This document shows positions 47,810-60,348 of a stretch of DNA of 64,000 bases, piece after piece. The DNA is from Azolla caroliniana (taxonomy: Eukaryota > Plantae > Polypodiophyta), in the NCBI GenBank assembly GCA_043228905.1, contig JBHGNT010000006.1, positions 9,796,001-9,860,000 of the forward strand, read 5' to 3'. The notes under the pieces are model-generated. The model searched no databases. It was given only the letters and a program-made list of their open reading frames with translations, and had not been told where the DNA came from. Both the position numbers and the translations under genes were made by a program. How positions within the stretch are numbered: position 1 is the first letter of the stretch; each line of letters starts with the position of its first letter.

Positions 47810-50800
47810 CTCGTTTTCGTTGCATAGCACCACTTACGTCTCTCTTTCTTTACATGGTATCAGAGTGTGTGGGTTTTTGATCAAGCTTAATCGATTGTAT
47901 TGTGCTAAACACCGACAATAAACAGAACCGATTCAACAACAAAGAAGACATTAGGGCGTGTGGTTTTTTGATCAAGCTTAATCGACTGTGTTGTGCTACA
48001 CACCGACAATAAACAAAACCTGTTCAACAACGGAGATGGAAACGCTCTTCCTACGGAGAAGCTTGACATGAAAAATTTTGTATCTTGGGAATACAAGATG
48101 CATTAATACCTTTTCGAACAAGGTTATTGGAGCTATATCGAAGGAGCTCACGAAACGCAAGCCAACCCAACACATGCCGACTACCCAGCATGGGAGCAGG
48201 CCGCAAGCCGTGTGTTGTATTGCCTTGCATCATGTGTCCATGATCCCATGCTTGGCTATATTCGAGAGACAAAAATGCCGAAAGAATCTTGGGGAAATCT
48301 CAAGAAGATTTTTGCGGCCAATACGGATGCATGCAAGGTTCAACTATGATAGGAGTTGAATAACATGCAACAGAGGGATATGTCAATCACCAGCTAGACC
48401 TTGAAGATCAAGGAGCTATCAGACACCCTTAGATCTATCAATGTCATCACCGATGATGAAGAAATGCTGCAAATATGCCTCGGAGGCTTGGCACCTCGAT
48501 TCAGCATGATCAGATCGGCCATTCTCATAAGGGAATACCCTATGAACCCTCCTTTTTCGACCTTCAATCTATGTTACTGGTGGAAGAAAATCATGCCGAA
48601 CAAAGGAGCAATGCACCAGATGGTCAGATGCTCTACTCCCAGTCGGACGATAGAAGAGGATTCGGCCGAGGCCGACAAGGTCAACCGACTCGAGAACATG
48701 ACACCCACTATTGGCAAGTCGATAGAAGCAATTCTAGGGAGTTCCGTAGAAGGGGCAGCCATCCTGCCGGATCAAGCCATCACAACAACCCGATCGAATG
48801 CGAGTATTGTGGAAAACTCGGCCACTATGAAGAGGAGTTTCGAAAGAATAAATGAGACTCAGCTTCGACCAACCGACAACTCACTAACTATGCTTCAAAT
48901 TCCGACTACGACGATCATGACAGAATGTTCATGATGAGGTACAAAACACATTCAATGTCGACAGAATGTGAGACAAGCACCTCTCCTTCAGATAATGTAT
49001 GGTTTTTTAATTCAGGAGCATCCAATCATATGACATCTCAGGAAGATTGGTTGCGAGAATTACAAAAGCTTGATTGACCTGGCTATGTCGAAACGGGGGA
49101 CGACAGGACTCACCCCATTCGGCATGTCGGAAATTTCCCATTTGGGAACGATGGAAAACAAACCTAACTCAAAGACGTCTTGCATGTCCCAACCATCACG
49201 AAAAATCTGGTCTCGGTTGGCCAGATAGTAGAACAAGGCATGCAAGTGCAGTTCAACAAGGAAGGGCACTTCATTGAAAACGATGACCAAATCATAGCAC
49301 ACGGTCATCGAGAAGGCTGGATGTTCATCCTCGAGTTGAACAAAGTGAAGTAGGCAATGTTTGCAAAAGGCCTCAAAGTCGAAACCGACTTAAATTTCTA
49401 GCACAAGAGAATCGGCCACATCAACCTCTAGAAGCTCTAGAACATGCAATCAAAAGGAATCGTCATCGACCTCCTGAATTTTTCAGAAAGAGAGAACACT
49501 AGCATAAGTGAGGCATAAAAATTCGAAAAACAATGCCAACATCCATTCCCAAAAGAGAGGAATGTGAGTAAAGGAATCTTGGACGTAGTCCACTCTGACA
49601 TATAGGGTCTAGCTCAAACAACCACTTTTGGCCGATGTCGATATTACGTGACGTTTATCAACGACTTCTTCAAGCACACCTACATCTATCCCATGCGGCA
49701 TAAGAGTGAAGTGTTCGGAAACTTCCAAACATTTAAGAACGAAGTTGAAAAAGCCACATGTCAACATGTTCGATGTCTTCGGTCGGATGGAGGCAAGGAG
49801 TATTCCTCGGACGACTTTACAACATATCTTCAAAAGGAAGGAATTCGATGAGAATTCTCATGTCGACATAGACCTCAGTAGAACGGAGTTGCCGAACAGA
49901 AGAATTGCATATAATAGAGGTGGCAAGGGCCATGATGAACGAGAAAAACCTGCCAAAATCGTACTGGGCAGAAGCAGATAACACAACCGTCTACCTCAGG
50001 AATAGGTGTACAATCTCTAGGGTACACGATGCAACCCCTCATGAGAATTGTTTTGGAAAGAAGCCAGATTTATCCCATGTCCAGATATTCGGCTCAATCG
50101 CCTATGTACATATTCCCAACGAGAAGCGACAAAAGTTTGATCCGAAGTCGGAGAAATGTATCCTCGTAGGATACTCACTCGAACAAAAGGGGTACAAATG
50201 TTACAATCCTTCCACCCAAAAAGTTCGAGTAAGTCGGGATGTCATTTTCGATGAGTCGACATCCTGGTACGAACCAGAGATGACATCGATTCTGACCCCA
50301 CTCGACCCGGAATAGGCCGAAAGAGAGATAGAAAATGAAGGTTGACTCCGGCACATGTTCGAAGAAAGCCATATTAGTACAAGGCTGAGTGGACCACAAG
50401 AACTCCTGAGTGATCACAACACATCTCGGCCGAGTCCGAAGCTAGACAAAGGGAAGACCAAAATGCCGGAATATGAAGATCTAATTGACAATGAGTCGAC
50501 CCACTCTCTTGATAGTGAGTTCGAAGGCCTTAATCTCCCAATCATCCGGACGAATGGAGCAAAGACAACCTTAGTCTCTGCAAACGAGAAGCTCAGTCAC
50601 TCCACCCGAGAGGAAAACCCGGTCAACCGATTTGACTACGATGAATATATGGCATATCACTATGCCTTTGTGTATGCCTTTATGATGAAGGTGGCAACCG
50701 TTCGAGAACTGGAAACCTTTTTTGAGGCAGCCAAGGATCCACCATGGATCAAAGCCATGAACGAAGAAATGCAGGTCCTATGCAAAAACGAGACATGGGA

Positions 50801-52297
50801 TCTCGTTCCCCATTCTCCACACAAGAAACCAATCGGATGTAGATGGATCTATATGGTAAAATATAATGCTGAAGGCTCGGTAAATCGCTATAAGGCACGA
50901 CTTGTAGCTAAGGGATAATCTCAAACACATTCAGTCGATTACGAGGAGAACTTTGCCCCCGTGGAAAATATGATGACTGTTCGGACAATTATAGCTCTCA
51001 CAACTGCAAAGGGGTGACACCTCCACCAAATGGATGTAAAGAATGCCTTCCTACAAGGAGAGTTAGAGGAAGAAGTCTTCATGATTCAACCACCTAGTTT
51101 CGAATCGAGAAAACACCTGATAACAGTCTGTCGACTCAAGAAGCCACTATATGAACTCACGCAAGCACCACGTGCTTGGCATTCAAAGATGACACAGATC
51201 TTCACCAAATAGGCTTCCGAATGTCGAAATCGGACAACTCCCTATACTACATCAAAACTGAGTCGAACAACCTGATTGTCATCAACTTGTACGTGGATGA
51301 TCTATTCATCGGAGGAAAGAATCTAGCCAATGTTAATAAGGTTAAATCGCTCCCATTCGGCAGATTTGAAATGAAAGATATGCACGAGCTCCATTACTTC
51401 CTCAGTATCGAAGTAATTTGGACACCAGTCAGGATAACGATCTCTCAACGACACTACATTCTCAACTTACTCTACAAGTTCAGAATGACCGAGTGCAAAG
51501 CTGCGTCTACCTGCTCAATCAAAATCTCAAACTCGATGCCGATTAGAGGATAGAAAATTGCGATCTGACTCAGTACCGTCAACTGATTGACAACTTAATC
51601 TATCTAACCATCACACAATCCGACCTCAGCTATTCGGTCGGTCTACTTAGCCAATTCATGTAGAACCCTTGAAATATTCATCTCGATTGCGCTAAGAGAG
51701 TATTTAGGTACGTCCGTGGGACAATGGATTTTAGCATCCTCTATAAGTTCGACACAATCACTTGGCTCGAAGGATACACAAACGCGGATTGGGCCTGCTA
51801 TAAGGTCGATAGACGATCGACTTCCGGATTCGTCTTCTTGCTTGGAAGTGGAGAAATATCCTAGAGCAGTAAGAAGCAACTGACAATCGCATTGTAGAGC
51901 ACAGAGGCTGAATACAGGGGCGCGGCAGTTGCCACATGCGAAGTTGTCTGGCTCAAGCGCATATTGAAGGATTTGGGCGTTCCCATCAAGGATCTGATTT
52001 GCCTATACTGCGACAACATGAGCAATATCTACATGGCTCGGAACCCGGTGTTCCACGCGTGGACTAAGCATATCGAAGTGCACTATCACTTCATCCGAGA
52101 GCGTGTTTAGGCTGGAGATGTTGACTTACAACACATCTGCATGAATCTTCAGGTTGCTAACATCTTTACTAAGGCCTTAGGAGTCGACAAGCTCGGGCAA
52201 TTTACATCGGATCTTGGTCTCATGATATCTGCATTGTCGAGCTTGAGGGGGAGTACCGGAAAATAGCAGTAATTGCCGATGGTATCGCCAATGCCAT

Positions 52298-52774
52298 TGT
52301 CGTGAAGAAAATCGTCCCTAGGCGGAAACCGAGTTTAGCGTGTGTAAACCGGCCCTTACACGCGAGCACACTTTTCGTTGTATAGTAAGTAGGTAGGTAC
52401 AAGTCGGCTGAGAGGAAATCCTAGGTAGCATGCATTCAATAGGGAGCGAATCGAGGTGTATCTCTGTCCGAAAGGACAGAGAATTAATATGATGTAACGG
52501 ATGATAACGGCCTCCCTCCTTGGGCTATAAAAGAGAGGGAGAGGAATGGGGAAAAGGGGGACGCGCGTTAGAGAGGAAGAAGTGCTGTCGGACTGGGACC
52601 GAGCCCTTCTCCTCTGCCACTCTCCATAGCCATTTTTGCGCAGGGTTTTCGGGAGGCTGACTCTGCTCCGTGGGAAGCCCATGTGCTTCCGGTAGAGTCT
52701 CCATCTCGCTCTTCTATGTGTGTGAGTGAACAGGCGTCGGCGTTCGCCTTGCCGGCCTATTAGTTGTAACCATC

Positions 52775-52812
<38 letters not shown>

Positions 52813-55180
52813 TATACATACGTGTTCATATACTCGGACTTCTAGTCGTCTCGTGTTGCTGTGTCGTTGGACTGTGATTCCTGTGTGCTCCCGTGTCTGT
52901 GCGTGTGCAAGTGCGTCTGTGGCCTTTCCGCTCTCCTCCTTCTCAGTTATTTCTCGGTCCAAGACCCTGGTGGTCCCGCCTCGTTCCCCACGCACGTGCG
53001 TAACAACGCGACACATTTGGTGAACCCGACGTGAAACGAGCGGCAGAGGAATAGAAAGATGAGGGGGTAGGATCTCGCGGAAGCCATGGCTTCGGCTGTG
53101 GATCGGATAGTGAGTGCGCGCGAAGGCGCAGGCGCCCTCAATAGGGCTATTGAAGCGGTCGTCGGCACGATAGGCCGGTTCGGTCGGAAGGAAGCCACGA
53201 GCTATTTGGAGGCCTACCGGGCCGAGATGGTAATGAGAGACATTCCGGAAGAAAGGAGACTGATCGGATTCCCTCCGGTGGCGATGCCGGGCATCCATGC
53301 GGAGGTGCTCGAGGTACGAGCTGAGAGCCGGACCTGGGAAGAGTTTGAAGGTCGGCTCCTCGAGAAATACGGGCTTGATGACGCGCTTCGGCTCTCAAAA
53401 AGGAACTTCATGGAATGGGTAGAGACCCCCGAAAAGGGGAGAAACGCGTCGGTGCTCCTTCGGGAGTTTGAAGAACGCCTCACGTGTCTTTCGGCACTCG
53501 ACTAGACCGTACTAGACACAAGTTGCGTCCTGCTGTTCGTTAAGTCAGTGGATGCGAGGGACCGGGAGCAAGTGGGTCTCCTATTGGAGACTGATGATGG
53601 ACTGACGGTCGACTGGGCCATGGTGAAGAGAGGTTGTGGCCGTTTCGACAAATGGCAAGAGTGGGTTGATAAAGGATCAACAGGGGCGGGCTCTGTAGCG
53701 GCAAGGAAACTCGAGCCAACCCCGCCAGCGCAAAGGGAAGAGACCCGAGACTGGCTCGAGACCGGATCGACTTTGACCGGCATGGTCAAAGGTTCGTCCG
53801 GAGGAGCAGCTCTAGAGGAGTTGACTAGGATGGTAAAAGACCTCCAGATTGCACAGGCACAGAGGGATGGTGGCAAAAGGCCCGTGACCAAAAGCCTCTG
53901 GCTGGAAACCGGTGTTTGTGGTGCGACGCGGTCGGCCACGTCCGGAGGGACTGCGGGGACTTTGCCGAGGCAATGAGAGCCAACGTGGTGTACCTGTGGA
54001 ATGGTCGGGTGCACGCTAGCGAGACCCGAAGGGCCCTGGACCTGAATGTCGGACGAGGGGGTATGAAACGGCTGATGGAAGAAGCGGCGGCTCGCCACGC
54101 GGAGACTGTCCACTACTCAGCGTCGGCTGGGATCCGGGTCAGAGGTGGTGAGGCTCGACAACCAGCACAGGGCAACGCGGAAGTTTGCAAGGAGGTGGTT
54201 CGGGCCTTACGTAGTGACAGGCGGCAACGACAACGGGACCTACCATCTTGCAAAGCTCGACGGTACGAGGATGGCAATACTGGTAGTGGGGAAGAGGGTC
54301 AAAGAGTTTAAGAAATGACATGAGTGCGTGCTGGACCTGGGAAGCGTGGATGGCGACGACGGGCAGTCCGAGGCGGATGAAGAACCGGAAGGCGAAGAGT
54401 AAAGCATGGACTGGTTTTCTCCAGCAAGAGCCGATTTTGGCGCATACTGGAGGATGCGCGGTTAGGTGGGGGTGGATGTCGTGAAGAAAATTGTCCCTAG
54501 GCGGAAACCGAGTTTAGCGTGTGTAAACCGGCCCTTACATGTGAGCACACTTTTCGTTGTATAGTAAGTAGGTAGGTACAAGTCGGCTGAGAGGAAATCC
54601 TAAGTAGCATGCATTCAATAGGGAGCGAATCGAGGTGTATCTCTGTCCGAAAGGACAGAGAATTAATATGATGTAACGGATGATAACGGCCTCCCTCCTT
54701 GGGCTATAAAAGAGAGGGAGAGGAATGGGGAAAAGGGGGACGCGCGTTAGAGAGGAAGAAGTGCTGCCGGACTGGGACCGAGCCCTTCTCCTCTGCCACT
54801 CTCCATAGCCATTTTTGCGCAGGGTTTTCGGGAGGCTGACTCTGCTCCGTGGGAAGCCCATGTGCTTCCGGTAGAGTCTCCATCTCGCTCTTCTATGTGT
54901 GTGAGTGAACAGGCGTGCGTCGGCGTTCGCCTTGCCGGCCTATTAGTTGTAACCATCTCGATATATATATATATATTAATATACATACGTGTTCATATAC
55001 TCGGACTTCTAGTCGTCTCGTGTTGCTATGTCGTTGAACTGTGATTCCTGTGTGCTCCCGTGACTGTGCGTGTGCAAGTGCGTCCGTGGCCTTTCTGCTC
55101 TCCTCTTTCTAAGTTATTTCTCGGTCCAAGACCCCGGTGGTCCCGCCTCGTTCCCCACGCACGCGGGTAACAACGCGACA
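52298..55180 (+). mobile_element. Internally deleted tRNA-Trp-primed Gypsy element nested in Copia A
   Basis: LTRs 52298-53013 and 54477-55180, 4-bp TSD CCAT/CCGT. PBS TGGTGAACCCGACGTGA at 53018, PPT AGGTGGGGGTGGA. Gag 53086-54150 (WCDAVGHVRRDC) is fused to the integrase C-terminus (RKFARRWFGPYVV). Confidence 0.93.
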
Positions 55181-55308
55181 CCGTACTGAAGCCGATCAGT
55201 TGATCGAAGCCAGCCAAAGGAGTCGAAGTATGATGATAATAGAGCTGAACAAGGAGAACGAAGCAATCGAACAATCGAAATCGTAAGCCGTGTTGACTAA
55301 CTTTCTGA

Positions 55309-55630
55309 GAACATGTTCAGGCTGGAGATGTTGACTTACAACACATCCACATGAATCTTCAGGTTCCTAACATCGTTAGTAAGGCCTTAGGAGTCGACAA
55401 GCTCAGGCAATTTACATCGGATCTTGATCTCATGATATCTGCATTGTCGAGCTTGAGAGGGAGTACCGGAAAATAACAGTAATTGCCAATAGTATCGTCA
55501 ATGCCGAACTGAAGCCGATCAGTCAATCGAAACCGGTCAGAGGGGTCGAAGTATGATGATAATTGAGCCGAACAAGGAGCATGAAGTAATTGAACAATCG
55601 AAATCGTAAGCCGTGTCGACTAACCTTCTG
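55309..55630 (+). repeat. Tandem duplication of the Copia A RNase H end/3' region (copy of ~52100-52297 plus 55185-55308)
   Basis: GGCTGGAGATGTTGACTTACAACACATC..GAGCTTGAG(G/A)GGGAGTACCGGA..ACTGAAGCCGATCAG occurs twice. Confidence 0.85.
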
Positions 55631-55892
55631 AAAGCTTATTCAATTTTCGAGGATCAAACCAAACCAACTTTTCGACATCCGGAAGTTGTGTTCGAAGGGG
55701 CGTGTTGCGAATCGAACTCAACTTCCATAGAGATAGTGTTCACACTAGCCAATGGACATCTTACCAGGCGAGTTTTGTAATTAGTAGAAAGGGCACTTGC
55801 CCTAGACTAGTTGGTATTTAAACCAACTCCAAGTGTAACTTAGTCATTGTTGGATGTTATCATATTTTTTGTTAACACAACTTCTTGTTCTA

Positions 55893-55943
<51 letters not shown>

Positions 55944-56229
55944 ATGTGCACTCACACACACATAAAGCTCGCTTTCGTTGCATAGCACCACTTACGTCTC
56001 TCTTTCTTTACAATGCCATTATCGATATAATTAGTGATGCAATAGAACACGGTTCTTTGTGTCTCGAAACTTCACGCAACAAAATTTAAATTTAACTCTA
56101 ATTTATTATTATTATTTGAAACTTTTAAATTGTAATTTATCTTTTATTTGTATTGATATCTCTGTTTGGTGGGTTGCAATTGAACCTTTAAAATTGTAAT
56201 TGATCTTTTATGAATGTCTTTTATCTACA

Positions 56230-58025
56230 TGTTTGTTTGGTGAAAAGGTGGATATGGTGTGACAACCCTCACCACCAAAGAAGGGAATGCAAGGAGTTCC
56301 AAGAGTTCCTGTTAAGAAACACGGTTTATTTTGTAGGCAACACGGTCCACTCATCAGAAACAAGGCGCCCCTTGGAATTGAACTTTGGTTAAGGAGAATG
56401 AAGAGACTCATGGAAGAAGCCAAGCCACAAAATGTTGAGGCCATCCACTCCTCTACATCAGTAGGGGTTTAAGTGGGGAAAGAAGCACAAAACCAAGAGG
56501 GGTGAGAGGCTAAATTTTGGCCATCAATCATTGGGAGTCTAATGAAGAGGAAGAATGTAAATCGCAAAGGTGAGGCAGTTCTTGGGTGCCTATGCATTCT
56601 ACCACATTTGGATCCCCCATTTGCTCATAGAGTTGAGCCCTTATATGGGCTATTTAAGAAGAGACAAAAAGATGAGTGGGAAGTTGAGCACATAGAGCCA
56701 ATAGAGAGATTGAAGGAAAAGCTAGTAATGATGTTAGCTTTGTGAAAAATTGTGTACAAAGTGGGGATGCCCATTGACATGACTATAGGTAGGAGTTCAA
56801 CTAGGATTGGATGGGCCACCAATGACCAACATGCCATAAGATTTGGGGCAAAGGTGTTTAGTGAGCAACAAAAGGAATATGCCAAAGTAAAGAGAGAACT
56901 ACGGGGTATAGTGACTATGATGAAGGTAGATCAGGGTTACCTAATCGACATAGAGGTAGTGATTGAAACAAATTTTCTTCAAATCCTAGGCTCAAGGTGT
57001 GCACCATGAGACTTGGCCATGCTAAGGTGGATCGTGAACATAAAGTCGATGAATCTATAGGTCCATCATATCTCAAGCAAGAATAATGTCATGGTAGACA
57101 TATTCCAAAAGAGAAAGCAAATTTAAAGCAACATGATGTTGGAAGATGAATATGTCTCTCTTGATATCTTTAAGATGATCCAAGCATCTATTGTAGAAGA
57201 AAATGTGAAAGTGTGCAATGCCTTCAATGAACATGAATATGAAGGGGAGTGGTTGCATATAGGTAGATTACTAAGCTCAATGGAGGCGAACACTTCATGG
57301 TCCAAGGAGTACACACGAATTTTTTTAAAGAAAGTGTACAAATACTTCCTACAAGGAGGGTATCTCTAGCACCCAAAAATAGGATGGTGACACTAACAAG
57401 GGTGGTTTGCAAAGAGGAACAAACAACCTAGGTGTTTGAGTTCCATGAATGTCCTTGGGCAGTCCACAAGGACATTCATGGACAATGCCTTCAATGAACA
57501 TGAATATGAAGGGGAGTGGTAGCATATAGGTAGATTACTAAGCTCAATGGAGGCGAACACTTCATGGTCCAAGGAGTACACACGAATTTTTTTAAAGAAA
57601 GTGTACAAATACTTCCTACAAGGAGGGTATCTCTAGCACCCAAAAATAGGATGGTGACACTAACAAGGGTGGTTTGCAAAGAGGAACAAACAACCTAGGT
57701 GTTTGAGTTCCATGAATGTCCTTGGGCAGTCCACAAGGGTGTGTGGGAAACTTTTGCGAAGTTGAAGGAAAGTATTATTGACCCATGATGTATAAGGATG
57801 TTGCCCATTTCATGGGGACATGTGAAAGTTGCCAAATGCACTTGAATGTATGGCATAAAGATGAGTTACACCCAACCTTCTAGCTCTACATACACTTTAA
57901 ATGAATGGTGAACCTAGTTTCCATGTCACTGGGGGTACGCTAAATGAAGTGCCTAGTGCTCATGGGATAGGATCTTACATATAAGGTAGAAGGAAGGTCC
58001 CTAAGGAACAAAACCATGGCGATAG
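56230..58025 (+). mobile_element. Heavily degenerate, deleted internal region of the tRNA-Trp Gypsy lineage
   Basis: WCDNPHHQRREC, ETRRPLELNFG, AIRFGAKVFSEQQKEYAKVKRELRG and integrase remnants. 267-bp-period tandem duplication at 57215-57740. Confidence 0.8.
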
Positions 58026-58445
58026 TGTCGCATAAATGCATGTGTGTATGCTACTTGAGCAAGACCATGTGGGTCTTGGACTAGGGAGAATGCAAAGATT
58101 AGATGGGCACAATGTAAGGGACTCGAAGACTCAGAGGAGTCAAAAGCTCCCACGAGTCCGAACATCGGGGGGAGTTGAAGGATCCCATGAGTCAAAGGGT
58201 CACACAATTCGAACACTCTTGACAAGTTGAAGGGTGCGACGTGTTCCTCTCCTTTCCCCTCTCACTCTCACATAGTAGAACGATGATTAACGTACAAGGA
58301 TAGGCTCAAAACATGAGACTAACATAATGAACACGAGATTATGAAAGTTTTACACAAATTTATGACAAAAAAACCTCTTATTAGGCCAAAGCTACATTGA
58401 GAAAGTACCATTTATAAAATAGGGTATATAAATGTTGGTGGTAAC
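58026..58445 (-). mobile_element. Partial LTR related to the 20056 and 52298 LTRs, inserted in the degenerate Gypsy integrase
   Basis: Starts TGTCGC..TACTTGAGCAAGACCATGTGGGTCTTGGACTAGGGAG, matching 20056-20118. Left flank ATAG; cut by the next element. Confidence 0.6.
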
Positions 58446-59993
58446 TGTTGGCCAGAGTATGGTCCGGAGGACAAATGTGGAAAGGGACGAGTCATGGTCG
58501 AATATTATAGAGAAATAATTAGTTAGAAATATTATAGGAACAGGTGGGTCTGCAATAGTTGTAGCGATCCGGATACGAACCGATTCCTAGACAATAATTG
58601 TTTTGTATTCTCAACCAGAGGCCTATAAAAGGATCCGGGAATCAATGTTATAGGGAGGGGAAGTAATACAAGTTGGAGTTTTAATTTAAGATTACGGTGT
58701 CCCTTGTCTACTGTCGTAATGTCTTTCCATTCTATATCTTATGCATGTCCTAATTAACCGGTTGTGCATTACCCCAATCCGGAACGTACCCGGAATTAGT
58801 CGGATTACATCATTTCCTTAACCACCCCTTTGGTGAAGTGTTCCAGAAGGACACCCTGTGTTGTGGCTAGTCCAACCCAAGATAAACATAGTTTTGGTGA
58901 CCACGATTTCTACAAAAGTGAAGTGAACGGGGAATGGATGACTAGACCAACAAACGACCTAGTTGCTAAACGAGCGAGAAGACTAGCCGAAAGACTGTAG
59001 AGGCGGGAGGCCTACCAACAGGCGGCGGAGGAGATCTGACAGGACCGGTCTTTTCCCAGAGAGATTCGGGGGGTTGCGGAGGAATCACTCCAATTACAAA
59101 ATCACCGGCATCCAGACGAAGGCTGTAGCTTGAGCAGTCTGCGCGACGCAAAATCAATACTCCAAACACTCACCACAGGTGCCAGAGAATTCGAAGCATT
59201 TTCACCGATCGAGTAGGAGTTGGACAACGAACACAACGTACAATCCAACTACCGTTCGAATCACGATACTCCGAACGAACCCGAGGAAGACGGAATTGAG
59301 CACATACCGACACAGAAGTCCAAAACGACGATACCAACACGACCGGCACAAAAGGAGAAACTGGATCAACAGTTAGAGAAGACAGAAGATCACATTCCGA
59401 CACCACCGCCGGACCAACAATTGGAGGAGAAGGACGATCGCGTACCGACGCCACCACTGGAACGGCCAACTGATGACAACAACATGGCGTACATGTACTC
59501 CAAATATGGAGATGACCTAGATGCAGAAGCGCATGTGTACACCTTCTTGCAAACATGGGAAGCCAACCATGTCTCGCAATGATTGTCGGAAGCAATAGTA
59601 AAGCGATCAAAGATTGCTGAATTCGCAATGACCCTGGAGGGACCAGCGGTGAGATGACACAAAAAGCATCTTCCGGGTAGCTTCGCCACCTTTGAAGCTC
59701 TAAAGGACAAAATTTTAAGACTGTTTCACTAATAGATGGAACAGAGGGAGCTCATCAGCCAAATTTATACAGTATGTCAAGAACCCAACAAGACAGTCCC
59801 ATAATTCATCATCCGATTTCAGACGCTACATAGTGAGCTTACAAGGGCAGCTTCGGAGGATGAGGCAAAAGCTGTCTTCCTGGCCGCTCTTCGGGAGCCG
59901 CTCCAGACAATGACAATGCTTTCCGCTTTCCGTGTTGGACTTCCCGACCAACACCATTGATCAAGTTATCGACCGGGTGTTGGAGATGGATAG
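58446..59993 (+). mobile_element. 5' part of a Gypsy related to the 35582-42107 element (LTR, PBS, degenerate gag)
   Basis: LTR ~58446-58888, PBS GTTTTGGTGACCACG. Gag motifs YSKYGDDLDAEAHVYTFLQTWEANHVSQ and TIDQVIDRVLEM match the 41388 Gag. Confidence 0.85.
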
Positions 59994-60302
59994 TGTTGGG
60001 AAATCGGTCCCTCTGGATGAGATCCGGTTATGGATGAAGTGGACCCAGTGAGAACCGGAAGAGATCCGAAAACCGGATCGGATGGACCCGGTGAAAATCA
60101 GAAAAGATCCGGAAACCGGATTGGATGGACCCGGTGAGAACCGGAAGACAGGACATATTTGTAAATATGTTTTGAGTAAGCCTATTGAGGCTATATTTGT
60201 AAATAGCCCTAAGTTCATATAAGTATAAATATAACTTAGGACAATCACTTTGTAAGGTTGTTGTCATATTGTTGTATGTGCATAACTATTGTATAGAGAG
60301 TG

Positions 60303-60348
<46 letters not shown>

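Larger units (their letters stand above)
33845..56012 (+). mobile_element. Ty1/Copia LTR retrotransposon A (degenerate), outermost element of the right nest
   Basis: 5' LTR 33845-47854 (split by a LINE) and 3' LTR 55703-56012. TSD ATGCC, PBS TGGTATCAGAG at 47855, PPT GAAGGGGCG. Gag-PR-INT-RT-RH remnants at ~48035-52255 ([21 protein letters not shown]) with many stops. Confidence 0.93.

Noticed and set aside
59989-59994. ATAG flank of the 59994 Copia as further support for CpG-centred targeting
   Set aside because: Different superfamily and only one flank visible; it shows such 4-mers also occur by chance, so it was not counted.
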